From positions 12,007,579 through 12,071,578 of the forward strand of contig NC_043026.1 in NCBI RefSeq assembly GCF_006345805.1: a stretch of 64,000 nucleotides of DNA, given 5' to 3'. Source of the stretch: Octopus sinensis (lineage: Eukaryota). The notes beneath the pieces are model-generated. The model was not told the origin of the DNA. It worked only from the letters and a program-made list of their open reading frames with translations, and ran no database searches. Shown piece by piece: positions 1 through 12,101 of this stretch (its first letter is position 1; every line of letters begins with the position of its first letter). The position numbers were made by a program, and so were the translations under genes.

Positions 1-400
1 CGTTTTCCATGCTAGCATGGGTTGGACAGTTCAACTGGGGTCTGTGAAGCCAGAGGGCTTCATCAGGCCCAGTCTGATCTGGCAGTGTTTCTATGGCTGG
101 ATGCCCTTTCTAACGCCAACCACTCCGTAAGTGTAGTGGGTGCTTTTTACGTGCCACCCGCACAGGTGCCAGATGGAGCTGGCAAACGGCCACGAATGGA
201 TGGTGCTTTTATGTGCCACTGGCACGGGGGCCAGGCGAGGCTGGCAACGGACACGAACGGATGGTGCTTTTTACGTGCTACCGGCACGAGGCCAGTTGGG
301 GCGGCGCTGGCAACGGTCACGAACGGATGGTTCTCTTACATGCCACCGGCACTGGTAACTCAGCTGCAATTTCCATTGATCGATTTCGATTCTGATCCTC
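1..400 (-). mobile_element. Non-autonomous retroelement, family D (GGATGCCCTTCCTAACGCCAACC core, (GAT)n tail in other copies), cut by window start
   Basis: Near-identical copies at 31083-31360, 48786-49140, 51866-52130, 52808-53110, 23415-23570 and 58505-58683. Those copies end in (CAT)n/(GAT)n, an RTE-like tail. Confidence 0.75.
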
Positions 401-1196
401 ACTTGCCTCAACAGGTCTTCACAAGTAGAGTTTTGTGTCCCAAGAAGGGAAGGTATGCATATGAAGTTATAGGAGTGAGTTCCATGAATCTGAAGTAAGA
501 TTCCAAGCAGACTATATATGTTTTCCAACAATACAAAGTTTTAAAATTGATTGTTAACATCCCAGAGAAGATAAATCTACTCATAAAGATGTGGATATAA
601 GTTCCAAGAGGCATGAGGAAAGATGCTGGTCATACCACGGTTAAGTTCTCATCTAACTGTTGCAGACAAAATTCTATAGTAGTAGCAAGAAAGACAGCAG
701 GGGGTAGGTTTAGCTAAAGCAAAAAACATCAGGAGAAAAGAAATAGGGATGCAAAAGGGGATAAAGATACCACAGACAAAGGTTAGTCTATATCTGTGGT
801 GACAGAAAATCTAGGTCAGTGTAGAAGGAATCTTAAATTCATAAAAGAACTGTAAGTTTGACCACTTCTAGCACATGCACATATACACTATGTTCCTTTT
901 TATTATTCAGGTCAATCATTCCTCAATAAAATCAAAACCACTTGTTCGATTTTCTTAAAATTTTTACGGGATATGTAGGATTATGTATCCCGTGTCTTGT
1001 GTAATTTTTGTCTAAATTGGTTTACATTTAAAGCAGAAATGAAGAAAAACACGTTTATAGGGTGTTTCTATTTATTATGCAAGTTAACAAGATACTGCTT
1101 TCCCCCCATGTGATAAGTGATTTTGAAATGTTTTTTCTTAATTTCAGATACGGGAAATATAGAAATGGGTTGAAGTAAAGATATAATATCAAGGGA

Positions 1197-1562
1197 GGGA
1201 TCTTTTCCTTTTGATGGACGGAATTTTCTAGTTAACTAAACAATTTGAAATTTCGTATACTGGTAGAATGTGTCAAAAGAAAACATTATTGTAAACAAAA
1301 TTGAAAACAAAATTGTAATTTGTAAGTTTAACGTAGTTTAATTCTTCGAATTTTAACCAATGAAATGCCAGCATTTGAGCTCAAATCATTTGCTGCGTCT
1401 AAAAACTCAGACAATATCCTCTTGCAACGTAAACAGCACACACACACGTGTTATTCATTCTTCTCTCTTCTGTCTGTTTGATAAACAAAGGCGGAAGGAG
1501 GAGGCAAATTTCAAATTGTTTAGTTAACTAGAAAATTCCGTCCATCAAAAGGAAAAGATCCC
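1197..1562. mobile_element. MITE with ~57-bp terminal inverted repeats
   Basis: GGGATCTTTTCCTTTTGATGGACGGAATTTTCTAGTTAACTAAACAATTTGAAATTT at 1197 and its reverse complement at 1506-1562. Flanks AAGGGA/AAGGGG resemble a short TSD. No ORF. Confidence 0.8.
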
Positions 1563-1646
1563 AAGGGGATGAGAAGAAAGAAATAGTGAAACTACTGGGA
1601 GAAGGGGATATAACAATTGTAATTTCTAAAAAGCTAAATAGAGATC

Positions 1647-1873
1647 GAAGCCATCTTATTATGGCTAACCACATTGGGGACGAGGGACAACAATCCCGAA
1701 ACTAGTTCGAACGTATCACTCAGGCTTGCGAGGAAGGGATGGCCTCCCTTTGCAAATACTCCAAGGACACAGATATTGTGTCTAAAGCCAGCTAGAGACG
1801 AAGATCTCTTGGGGCTATAAAGCTACAGTAACAACCCCCTCCCCAATGTGGTTAGACATGATAAGATGGCTTC
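1647..1873. mobile_element. 227-bp element with 34-bp inverted termini
   Basis: GAAGCCATCTTATTATGGCTAACCACATTGGGGA (1647-1680) matches the reverse complement of 1840-1873 with 2 mismatches. Confidence 0.7.
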
Positions 1874-2114
1874 TATACTTTACATTATCGAGCGATTACT
1901 GTTTCAATCTCATTCTGACATTTAATTATGCCCAAATAGAGATCACAGAACAATAAAGAAAAAAAAAACGGGTACAAAACATTGAGAGAGGAAAAATAAG
2001 GAATAAAATGGGCTTCAAGAACATCACAAATAGAGATAAAACTCAAAAAGAATTATGTGCAAGAAAAGCGGGCTAACGTTTCTGCCAGCTCTCTACCACC
2101 TTCAGTTATTATAT

Positions 2115-2895
2115 TCTCTCTTTTACTTGTTTCAGTCATTTTGACTACGGCCATGTTGGAGCACCGCCTTTAGTCGAGCAAATCGAACCCTGGGACTTAT
2201 TCTTTTGCAAGCCCAGTACTTATTCTATCGGTCTCTTTTTGCTGAACCGCTAAGTGACGGGGACATAAACACACCAGCATCGGTTGTCAAGCAATGCTAG
2301 GGGGACAAACACAAACATACATGCACATATATATATGGCGCAGGAGTGGCTGTGTGGTAAGTAGCTTGCTAACCAACCACATGGTTCCGGGTTCAGTCCC
2401 ACTGCGTGGCACCTTGGGCAAGTGTCCTCTACTATAGCCCCGGGCCGACCAATGCCTTGTGAGTGGATTTGGTAGATGGAAACTGAAAGAAGCCCGTTGT
2501 ATATACTCTTTACTCTTTTACTTGTTTCAGTCATTTGACTACGGCCATGCTGGAGCACCGCCTTTAGTCGAGCAACTCGACCCCGGGACTTATTCTTTTG
2601 CAAGCCCAGTACTTATTCTATCGGCCTCTTTTTGCCGAACCGCTAAGTGACGGGGACATAAACACACCAGCATCGGTTGTCAAGCAATGCTACGGGGACA
2701 AACACAGACGCACACATATACATATATATACAACGGGCTTCTTTCAGTTTCCATCAACCAAATCCACTCACAAGGCTTTGGTCGACCCGAGGCTATAGTA
2801 GAGGACACTTGCCCAAGGTGCCACGCAGTGGGACTGAACCCGGAACCATGTGGTTGGTAAGCAAGCTACTTACAACACAGCCACACCTGCGCCTA
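2115..2895. mobile_element. Cluster of bipartite SINE family A pieces: 3' half (-), 5' half (+), full copy (-)
   Basis: Family A = GGCGCAGGAGTGGCTGTGTGGTAAG head with A/B-box-like motifs (GGTTCAGTCCC), CCTTGGGCAAG core, internal (TA)/(CA) microsatellite, and 3' half ending AAACAAGTAAAAGAG. Many copies in the window. Confidence 0.85.
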
Positions 2896-3139
2896 TATAA
2901 CTCTTTCTCATCCACTCATTTATGTTTTATGTCCCCACTTTGTATTGTATTGTCTGTCCTTATGCTGTCCCTGCTGTGTAGGGCCCTGGTGGCCAATAAA
3001 GAAATACAGAAATACAGTCAGCAAGATTTGGGGCCAGTCCTACAGAGATGACAAAATACATCATCATAACACATTTGAAAGTTGTTATCACACTGTTATG
3101 GTTTTGTGCTTGTAGAGATTCACTCATGGCTATATAAGA

Positions 3140-3515
3140 CTAGCAGTATCGCCCGGCGTTGCTCAGGTTTGTAAGGGAAATAACTATAAAGCATTTTTAG
3201 AGAGTTATAGCCAAAAAATAGCAAAATAATGATGGTAAATTTTTTTTGAGAGTTAAAAAAGGTCGAGTTGCGTCCCCTAGACAGTCTGTGGTTCGTGTTT
3301 CTGATTCTCGACCCCATGTCGAATTTATCGATTTTTTTCAGAACTGGGGGAACTTTTTAAAATTTTCGCTGCGCTAGTTTTGAATTATGACATTGGGCTA
3401 TGTGTGTGTGTCAAGTTTCATCATAATCGGTTGAAAGATGTGGTCAGGGTGAGGGCACAACCTAACAGACACACAGACACACACACAGACAAACTGCCGT
3501 TTATATAGAGAGAGA
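3140..3515 (-). mobile_element. Non-autonomous Helitron-like element
   Basis: The minus-strand 3' end reads GAGCAACGCCGGGCGATACTGCTAG (GC hairpin then CTAG), and the 5' end is TC-type. A near-identical copy lies at 13287-13663. Confidence 0.75.
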
Positions 3516-3551
3516 CGATGGTTCCACAGAATACTATTTGACATTCTATAG

Positions 3552-4886
3552 TTATTCAACCATATGAATACGTACATGTGTAGTTAAGGTACTTTTCTGG
3601 GAGAAGGACTTCCCACATGTATCGCAGCAATATGGTTTTTCTCCTGTATGAACTCGTTTGTGAGTGGTTAAGTTGCTTGACCGAGAGAAGCTTTTACCAC
3701 AGATATCACAGTGATATGGTTTGTTTCCTGCATGAATATATTTGTGAGTCGTTAAGTGGCTTCCGATAGAGAATGATTTACCACAGATATCACAATGATA
3801 TTGTTTCTCTTCAGTATGAATGCGTTTGTGAGTAGTTAAATGATAAATTTTGGGAAAAGATTTATCACAGATATCACAGTGATATGGTTTGTCTCCAGTA
3901 TGAATATATTTGTGTGTAGTTAAGCTACCTATCTGTGAAAATGATTTACCACAGATATCACAGCGATATGGTTTCTCTCCTGTGTGAATATATTTGTGTG
4001 AAGTTAAGCTACCTTTCTGGGAGAATGCTTTACCACAGATATCACAACAATATGGTTTCTCTCCTGTATGAATATATTTGTGTGTTGTGAAGTTACCAGC
4101 ATGATAGAATGATTTATCACAGATACCACAGTGATATGGCCTCTTTCCTGTGTGAATATATTTGTGTGTATTCAAGTCACCATTTTGAGAGAATGATTTA
4201 CCACAGATATCACAGTGATATGGCTTCTCTCCTGTATGAATACGTCTGTGTCTAGTTAAATGACTTCCTTCAGAGAATGATTTACCACAGATATCACAGT
4301 GATATGGCTTCTCTCCTGTATGAATATATTTATGTTTAGTTAAGTTACCCTTCTGGAGAAAAGATTTACCACAAATATCACAGGGATATGGCTTCTCTCC
4401 TGTATGAATATATTTGTGTGTTGTGAAGTTACCAGCATGATAGAATGATTTATCACAGATACCACAGTGATATGGCCTTTTTCCTGTGTGAATATATTTG
4501 TGTGTATTTAAGTCACCATTTTGAGAGAATGATTTACCACAGATATCACAGTGATATGGCTTCTCTCCTGTATGAATACGTCTGTGTCTAGTTAAATGAC
4601 TTCCTTCAGGGAATGATTTACCACAGATATCACAGCAATATGGTTTCTCTCCTGTGTGAATATATTTATGTTTAGTTAAGTTACCCTTCTGAGAGAATGA
4701 TTTACCACAAATATCACAGGGATATGGATTTTCTCTGGCATGAATGCATCTGTGAGTCCCGAGTTTACTTTTGTGAGAGAATATCTTTTTACATATATCA
4801 CAATGATATGATGACATTTCTATCTCTTTTAGCATCTCCTCAGGAAAAAAAAAACAAAAAACAAACAATCCTTTAATTTTTTTCAA
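3552..4886 (-). CDS. Poly-C2H2 zinc-finger protein, 15 fingers (true start probably Met at 4835)
   Basis: 15 C-x2-C-x12-H-x3-H units with HTGEKPY linkers. A poly-T tract plus AG just 5' of 4835 on the minus strand looks like a splice acceptor, so the first 17 ORF codons are probably intronic. Confidence 0.92.
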   Translation of the reverse strand: MKKIKGLFVFCFFFPEEMLKEIEMSSYHCDICKKIFSHKSKLGTHRCIHARENPYPCDICGKSFSQKGNLTKHKYIHTGEKPYCCDICGKSFPEGSHLTRHRRIHTGEKPYHCDICGKSFSQNGDLNTHKYIHTGKRPYHCGICDKSFYHAGNFTTHKYIHTGEKPYPCDICGKSFLQKGNLTKHKYIHTGEKPYHCDICGKSFSEGSHLTRHRRIHTGEKPYHCDICGKSFSQNGDLNTHKYIHTGKRPYHCGICDKSFYHAGNFTTHKYIHTGEKPYCCDICGKAFSQKGSLTSHKYIHTGEKPYRCDICGKSFSQIGSLTTHKYIHTGDKPYHCDICDKSFPKIYHLTTHKRIHTEEKQYHCDICGKSFSIGSHLTTHKYIHAGNKPYHCDICGKSFSRSSNLTTHKRVHTGEKPYCCDTCGKSFSQKSTLTTHVRIHMVE

Positions 4887-4917
4887 GTCTAATTATGTGT
4901 GAAATATTGTTAATAAT

Positions 4918-5120
4918 TGGGCGAGCTGGCAGAAACGTTAGCACACCAGGTGAAATGCGTGGCCGTATTTCGTCTGCCATTAAGTTCTGATTTCAAATTC
5001 CGCCGAGGTCGACTTTGCCTTTCATCCTTTCGGGGTTGATAAATTAAGTACCAGTTGCACATGGGGTTGATATAATCGACTTATTCCCTTTGTTTGTCCC
5101 CTTGTGGGCAATAAAGAAAT
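4918..5120 (+). mobile_element. SINE family B (GGCGGCGAGCTGGCAGAA head; GACTTTGCCTTTCATCCTTTCGGGGTCGATAAATTAAGTACCAG core)
   Basis: tRNA-like head with a GAGTTCAAATTCC B-box-like motif. More than 10 loci in the window. Confidence 0.85.
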
Positions 5121-6180
5121 AAATATTGTTAATAATCTAAATTCAGAAAGACATATTTCACCATAATTCATCAGAAATGTATATAGACAGGTTATATGTC
5201 ATCTGTGTGATAGTTTCTTTTTGCCTTTAAAGCATGATGTTGATGATAAATCTGAAGTCAAAAATTTTCTCCTTCCTAGGTCAGATGATATTCTGAAACA
5301 ATATAGAAAAAAAAACAAAAAAACATACATTACAGAGATTATTTAAAAAGTCAAGATCAAGCAACAGAAATGTTAACAATATTTCTCCATTGCTAAACTG
5401 TAAATATAAACTTTTACTTCAACAAGTAAACACACCGGTGGTGCCCCAGCATGGCTGCGGCCTTCGGGCTAAAACATTTTTAAGGATTTATATCTGCCAA
5501 TATCCGTTTACACACAAAATTTATACCAGTCAAATACGAAAGCCAACAATATTCGCTTCAATAAATTACATTCTTCCCACTTGACACAAATGGACTTTGG
5601 CAAATGGTAAGAACTTAAAACATCCATCGGATCTTTTTGGTTTGACCGGCAGTTTTTTCCAGCGGTGTCATATGAAATTGTCACCCAGGAGGCTGGCAAA
5701 CGGCCACGATCGGTTGGTGCTTTTTACGTGTCACCGACACAAAAAAAAAAATTAAATTAATGAGGTTATCAAAAACTAATAATTAGAAAGCCTCTTCTAT
5801 GTGCATTCACAGACAAACTGCAGATATCAGTGATGAAGTCAGCAAGAAGGCACCAAAAGAGAATGAATTGTCCCCAGAGACAACAATATATGCTTCAACA
5901 CAGGAATTCACATAAAGAATCTTGCATAATATTATTATTGGATCTTTTCGGTTTGAACGGCAGTTTTTGTAGTGGAGTCATGAAATTGTCACCCATAATT
6001 ATGACCCTAGTATCAATCTATTGCATTTCAATCTGTTTTAGGGTTAGGGTTTGGGGAGGGTATCTTTTTTTCTTCAGAAATGTAAATAAACCCAATCTGT
6101 TTCTTAAACGAGGGACATATTCATGAGTCTATGAGTGCTTGTGAATTGGTGATTGCTTCTACAAATGATAGTATGCGTGA

Positions 6181-6900
6181 GTAAAAGTGCTGGTGTGTTT
6201 ACGTCCCCGTCACTTAGCGGTTTGGCAAAAAGAGACAGATAGAATAAGTACTGGGCTTACAAAGAATAAGTCCCGGGGTCGATTTGCTCGACTAAAAGGC
6301 GGTGCTCCAGCATGGCCGCAGTCAAAATGACTGAAACAAGTAAAAAGAGAGAAAAGAGAGAGAGAGAATAAAGATTACTTTTGACATTAATTTGAATGAG
6401 TTTATTTGGAGAAAAATAATGTAAAACATCAATACATGTCAGAGTGACAATGAAACAAGGAAGGTATCAGATGGTCGAAGGCGGTGAGCTGGCAGAATCG
6501 TTAGAGCGCCGGGTGAAATGCTTAGCTGTATTTCGTCTGCCGTTGCGTTCTGAGTTCAAATTCCGCCGAGGTCGACTTTGCCTTTCATCCTTTCGGGGTC
6601 GATAAATTAAGTACCAGTTACGCACTGGGGTCGATATAATCGACTTAATACTTATGTCTGTCCTTGTTTGTCCCCTGTGTTTAGCCCCTTGTGGGTAATA
6701 AAGAAATACAAATAGGTATTTCGTCTGCTGTTGCGTTCTGAGTTCAAATTCCGCCGAGGTCGACTTTGCCTTTCATCCTTTCGGGGTCGATAAATTAAGT
6801 ACCAGTTACGCACTGGGTCGATATAATCGACTTAATACTTATGTCTGTCCTTGTTTGTCCCATCTGTGTAGCCCCTTGTGGGCAGTAAAGAAATAGGTAT
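6181..6900 (+). mobile_element. SINE A 3' half (6181-6365) followed by a SINE B dimer (6478-6900)
   Basis: Direct sequence match to the other family copies. The second B unit lacks the head. Confidence 0.8.
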
Positions 6901-6932
6901 CAGATGGTCGTGATATGTGCTAAAAATAACAG

Positions 6933-8384
6933 TTAAATCACATGCAAGTTTTTCTTTTCACTGTTCACAGACTTCCTTCTTGTGTGCATTTGTTTGTGTG
7001 ATTTTAAGTGACTGTTACACACAAACGATTTCCAACAGGTTTCACAATGAAAAGGTCTTTCTCCAGTGTGGGTACGTTTATGAACAACAAGGCAAGAATT
7101 CCCAGTGAAAAATTTCCCGCAAATTTCACAACGATACGGTCTCTCTCCCGTATGACTACGTTTGTGGACGACAAGATTAGAATTATTGACGAACGATTTC
7201 CCGCAGATATCACAACGATAAGGCTTTTCTCCCGTATGAGTCCGGACATGAACAACAAGATGAGAGTTATGAGTAAAATTTTTCCCGCATATTTCGCAAT
7301 GATAGGGTCTTTCCCCCGTGTGAATCATTTTGTGATCTACAAGGCTAGAATTTTTAACGAAAGCTTTTCCGCACGTTTCACACTGATAGGGCTTTTCCCC
7401 CGTGTGGCCGCGTTTATGAACAACAAGACAGGACTTTTTAATGAAAGATTTCCCGCACATTTCACAACGAAACGGTTTCTCTCCAGTATGACTACGTATG
7501 TGGATCATAAGGCAAGAATTATTAACAAACGACTTCCCGCAAATTTCACAACGATACGGTTTTTCTCCCGTGTGGCTTCGTTTGTGATCGACAAAATGTG
7601 AATTCCAAGTGAATGATTTTCCACACACGTCACATCGGAAGGGTTTCTCCCCAGAATGACTCCGACTGTGACAAATAAGACTAGAATTCTGCGTAAAAGA
7701 TTTGTTACAAATTTCACAACGAAAAGGTTTTTCCGCAGAGTGTGTCCTTTTGTGTCTGTTTAAATCACTGCTGGAAACAAAAGACTTTCCACACGTTTCA
7801 CAATGGAAAGGTGTTTCTCCCGTGTGACTACGTTTGTGGACAGTAAGTGTGGAATTCTGAGTGTAAGATTTACCACATATTTCACAACGAAAGAGTTTTT
7901 CCCCGGTGTGTGTTATCTTGTGCTGTGTTAAATTACTGTTAGAAACGAAGTACTTTCCGCACATTTCACAATGGAAAGGTTTTTCTCCTGTGTGAATACG
8001 TTTGTGGGTAACAAGATGAGAATTATAAAAGAAACATTTCCCACATGCTGCACACTTATAAGGTTTTTCCCCTGTGTGAACTCTCCTATGACTTGCTAAT
8101 TTACTGTTAAACACGAAAGATTTTCCGCATACTTCACACTGGAAAAGCTTTTCTTTACTGTGTATTTCTTTATGCCGAAATACCTCGTGCTCCGAAGAGA
8201 ATGTTTTCCTACAAATCTCACAGCGAAAATCAGAAATATTTCTCTCTGGTGATCTTTGTTTGATGACTGTTTCAATATGAAGAGGTTTCTCATCTCTGTC
8301 CATCTGAGTAACTGTATCTGTGTTGTTAAAAACCGCTGTGTTAGCAGTATCCGAGTGATTAACGTCCTCCGTAATCATTTTCAA
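6933..8384 (-). CDS. Poly-C2H2 zinc-finger protein, 15 fingers, CEICGK/HKRSH subtype, with ~50-aa N-terminal leader
   Basis: 483-aa uninterrupted ORF with 15 canonical fingers and TGEKP linkers. Finger consensus and codon usage differ from the other four genes. Confidence 0.93.
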   Translation of the reverse strand: MKMITEDVNHSDTANTAVFNNTDTVTQMDRDEKPLHIETVIKQRSPERNISDFRCEICRKTFSSEHEVFRHKEIHSKEKLFQCEVCGKSFVFNSKLASHRRVHTGEKPYKCAACGKCFFYNSHLVTHKRIHTGEKPFHCEMCGKYFVSNSNLTQHKITHTGEKLFRCEICGKSYTQNSTLTVHKRSHTGETPFHCETCGKSFVSSSDLNRHKRTHSAEKPFRCEICNKSFTQNSSLICHSRSHSGEKPFRCDVCGKSFTWNSHFVDHKRSHTGEKPYRCEICGKSFVNNSCLMIHIRSHTGEKPFRCEMCGKSFIKKSCLVVHKRGHTGEKPYQCETCGKAFVKNSSLVDHKMIHTGERPYHCEICGKNFTHNSHLVVHVRTHTGEKPYRCDICGKSFVNNSNLVVHKRSHTGERPYRCEICGKFFTGNSCLVVHKRTHTGERPFHCETCWKSFVCNSHLKSHKQMHTRRKSVNSEKKNLHVI

Positions 8385-8703
8385 GAAACACAGAAGAACT
8401 GAGAAATGTCGGTTAAACCAAAGCGTTAAACCCGGTCAAAAAAAAAATGTGTGTAATAGGTGTAAAACAACTTGCTCTAAACGAATATGAAAAAAACAAA
8501 GCGCGCACGCGAAAGGGGAGTGGAGGAGAGGCCTCGGAAAATTCACATCGGGAATTTCCGAAAGCGTCTGACCCGGGCACAAAAACAAAAAAACCGCTTT
8601 AGTTTAACCGAAATGTCTGCGAGTATAATCTGTTATGGTTCAGTTTCTTGGTTTCGCTATTTACATGTGTGGAAAATATGCAATGTAGATATATTTCGGG
8701 TAC

Positions 8704-9112
8704 TACTAGCGAACAGTGGTCCCGATGCGCGCACTCGCGCTAGCTAGTCGTAAGTAGTCGATCCTACAACGATTTGCGCGTATGTTTGTATTTCAAGGCT
8801 GAATACATATAAAAAAAAATTAAATAATATTTTTCGGCAATCTTTCGTCTCTAGTATACCTTTCCGTCGATTTCCGTAAAAAAAATTTTTTTTTTTTACA
8901 TATGGGCTTGGGGGAGTTTTTACGCAAAGTAAATAATTTTTTAAACCAAGTAAATAAATTATTTTTATAAACAAACTAGGATTAGGTTTAGGGTTAGGGT
9001 TAAAAAATTAGGTTTAGTGTTAGGATTAAAAAGTCGTTGTAGCATCGACGACTTACGACTAGCTAGCATGGATGCGCGAGTGCGCGCACCGGGACCACTG
9101 TTTGCTAGTAGA
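8704..9112. mobile_element. Foldback/MITE-like element with ~70-80-bp CpG-rich inverted arms and internal TTAGGG-like tract
   Basis: TACTAGCGAACAGTGGTCCCGATGCGCGCACTCGCG... at 8704 pairs with ...CGCGAGTGCGCGCACCGGGACCACTGTTTGCTAGTA ending ~9110. Confidence 0.7.
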
Positions 9113-9479
9113 ACCTATATTTCGTACTTACTAAATGCCTGTTATATACAGAGCTTTCTCCATGTGGCACACATTGTTAACAAAATGACTTCTATTTCCA
9201 CGTCAAGATATATGGATGTGGTTAATGGATGTTATGTAGATTAGAACAATGAAGAGAGTTCGTAAATGACTGTTAGCAGACATTCTGACAAAATCGACAT
9301 TCTACAACTTACATGTTGTAACAGAATGAATGATAGGAACAATTATTAAGTAGAAACATACTAACCAAGGCCAGAAAAAGAAAATGTGTGCGTGTGGGTA
9401 GTCTTAATAAATTATGTTTGTTCACAACGTGGAGAGTAGTTAAGTTTACAATGATGTTAATCCAAATAAAAATTTGACA

Positions 9480-9800
9480 AGACTTTGCCTTTCATCCTTT
9501 CGGGGTCGATTAAATAAGTACCAGTTACGCACTGGGGTCGATGTAATCGACTTAATCCGTTTGTCTGTCCCTGTTTGTCCACTTTGTGTTTAGCCCCTTG
9601 TGGGTAGTAAAGAAATAGGTATTTCATCAGCTGCTACGTTCTGAGTTCAAATTCCGCCGAGGTCTACTTTGCCTTTCATCCTTTCGGGGTCGATAAATTA
9701 AGCACCAGTTACGCACTGGGGTCGATATAATCGACTTTATCCGTTTGTCTATCCTTGTTTGTCCCCTCTGTGTTTAGCCCCTTGTGGGTAATAAAGAAAC
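9480..9800 (+). mobile_element. SINE B, two headless units
   Basis: The core motif occurs twice, joined at AAAGAAATAGGTATTTC. Confidence 0.8.
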
Positions 9801-10490
9801 AGATACATCGAAGAGGCCAGGGAACAGAAGAAAGAAGACCTGCACCCAACACCAGAGCTGAAGACACCCACGAAAGGGCGGGGGGATCCCGCCACGTGAA
9901 AACGGTAGAGAAGTAGGGGCCGAAACCGGACGTGGTTCCTCCTGATAATGTCTTGAGCTAACTGGATCCTATAATGGAGCTGTTGTGATAGCAGACCACG
10001 AAACACGGTTGTGATTCCCGTCCTTCCCACCCGAAGGCCAACTGAAAATCAAGAAAACCTCAGAAAGTGGGATTCATTCAATCTGTTGGTCCTCAAAATC
10101 CTTTTCCTTTGTAAAATAGAGAACAATCAATTCAAAATGTAATGTAGTTTGTAATGAAATGAATTGTTTAAAGATAAAGGTGATCAGACATCGATTCTGA
10201 AGCATGTAGGTTACTATGGTATTCTCAAATATCAACCTTTACACTTTAACATAAGATAATAACAAGAACCTGTTTAGGTTAATTGGACTAATTATAAAAA
10301 TACGGGATCGACGGTGTCATTGACAAGTTTCCCCCGTATGAATGACACCGGTCTCACATGCTAAAAGTTCCTAACAGAATTTAATACATTCCGAAATACA
10401 TACGGAATATAAAAAAAAAATCGGCAATGCTTCGGTATATGTACGCATGTGACTTTGTTTACATTTCTGAAGATAACAGAAACCCTTTTC

Positions 10491-10917
10491 GGCAATCTTT
10501 CGTCTCTAGTAGACCTTTCCGTCAATTTCCGTAAAAAAATTTTTTTTTTTTTACATATGGGCTTGCGGGAACTTTTGAAGTAATATACATACATATACAC
10601 ATACACCGAGTAAAAAATTTCAGTTATCTCTTTCTTTCACACATTACTCTGTCTCTTCACACACACTAACAGAAGCACTTCACTTACACAACATACTGTC
10701 TGTCTCCCACACCCCATCAAACACACACACAAACACATGTACATCAATGCCTCACATGCACGGTAACTTCAAAAGAACTTCCCTCGTCATACAATCGCTT
10801 TCTCTTAGTCTCTTTCGCTCTCATTACTTCAAAAGTTCCCGCAAGCCCATATGTAAAAAAAAAAAAAATTTTTTTACGGAAATCGACGGAAAGGTCTACT
10901 AGAGACGAAAGATTGCC
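10491..10917. repeat. Inverted repeat with ~95-bp arms enclosing a CA/CT-rich spacer
   Basis: 10491-10584 (GGCAATCTTTCGTCTCTAGTAGACCTTTCCGTC...GAAGTAAT) is the reverse complement of 10823-10917. The same module also occurs at ~8835-8930. Confidence 0.8.
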
Positions 10918-11599
10918 AAACCCTTTTCTCCCACCCCTAACCCTAAACCCCCTTATATATAAAAAATACACATTTTTGAAATGTATCCGGTACTTACACC
11001 TGTACATATACCGAAGGTTCGCCAAAAAATCATCCTGTATAATAACTATTTTACATCAACAAAGGATCCTCTACAAGGTTGTGTAACCTGCTAGAAATAA
11101 CAGTCAAATTGCCCTCAAACTACAACTTCAGTCTTAAAAAAAGAAAACACATACGACAAAAAGATACTGGCCATAAACTGAGGGGTCACTCGTAAACAGA
11201 GCTGGATAACAAAACCGTTCCCTCTTTAGTGTCCACCCATAATTATGGCCCTAGTATCGATCTATTGCATTTCAATCTGTTTTAGGGTTAGCGTTAGAGT
11301 TAGGGTTTAGGTTAGGGTGGGGGAAAGGTATCTTGCAAAAAAATAAAAGCATGGAAATTCATCCTAACAATGCTTTATTCCGTAGTGATGAGTTTTTATC
11401 ATGACAGGTTGACTGATTTACTTTCAGTTTGACTGTTTTAAAATAGGCCTGTGTTTTTTCATGCTTGTTTTGGATTATATATCTTGTATAGAAGTACAGG
11501 GGTGTTGGGGTCTCCCACCCCTTTATATTTCTACTTACTTTTTTTTTAAGTATTGTAGTTATATTTGTAGTTTTACCAATAGATATTAAATATAAGATG

Positions 11600-12058
11600 T
11601 ACTTGAATAGCAAATGATTTGATCTGAGATCGTGTGCTGAAACGAAAACAATTGCAGCGTGGAAGGTGTTTGTAATCCATTTAAGAAACACACAAAAGCC
11701 GTTCGATTCACTTCAACATTTAAGTTTAATTTGTCAAAATATTTTCGTCACTTTAAGACCGCGACCTTCTCACTGACAAAAATCTGTGCTGAATAAGGTT
11801 TATATATATATATATACAATTGCAGCGTGGAAGGTGTTTATAAGCCATTTAAGAAACACACAAAAGCCGTTCGATTCACTTCAACATTTAAGTTTAATTT
11901 GTCAAAATATTTTCATCGCTTTAAGACTGCAACCTGTTCACTGACAAAAATACATGCTGCATCTTAAATGGCTTACAAACACCTTCCACGCTGCAATTGT
12001 TTTCGTTTCAGCACACGATCTCAAATCAAACCACTTGCTATGCAAGTATATCTCCGTA

Positions 12059-12101
<43 letters not shown>

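Noticed and set aside
5140-5180. CTGATGA-ATTATGGT-GAAA-TAT-GTC on the minus strand
   Set aside because: Both core boxes are present but stem I is absent and stems II and III are implausible. A similar AATTATGGTGAAATAT motif lies at ~25177, too short to interpret.
7008-7601. 197-aa plus-strand ORF antisense to the zinc-finger gene
   Set aside because: A shadow frame caused by the 84-bp finger periodicity and codon bias.
8975-9005. TTAGGG runs suggesting interstitial telomere or chromosome fusion
   Set aside because: Only 2-4 imperfect units, always inside the same interspersed repeat family.
9805-10060. GC-rich island with CTGAAGA and CCGAAACCGG motifs and broken reading frames
   Set aside because: I could not build a consistent ribozyme fold or recognise a protein domain. 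Probably a decayed retroelement piece.
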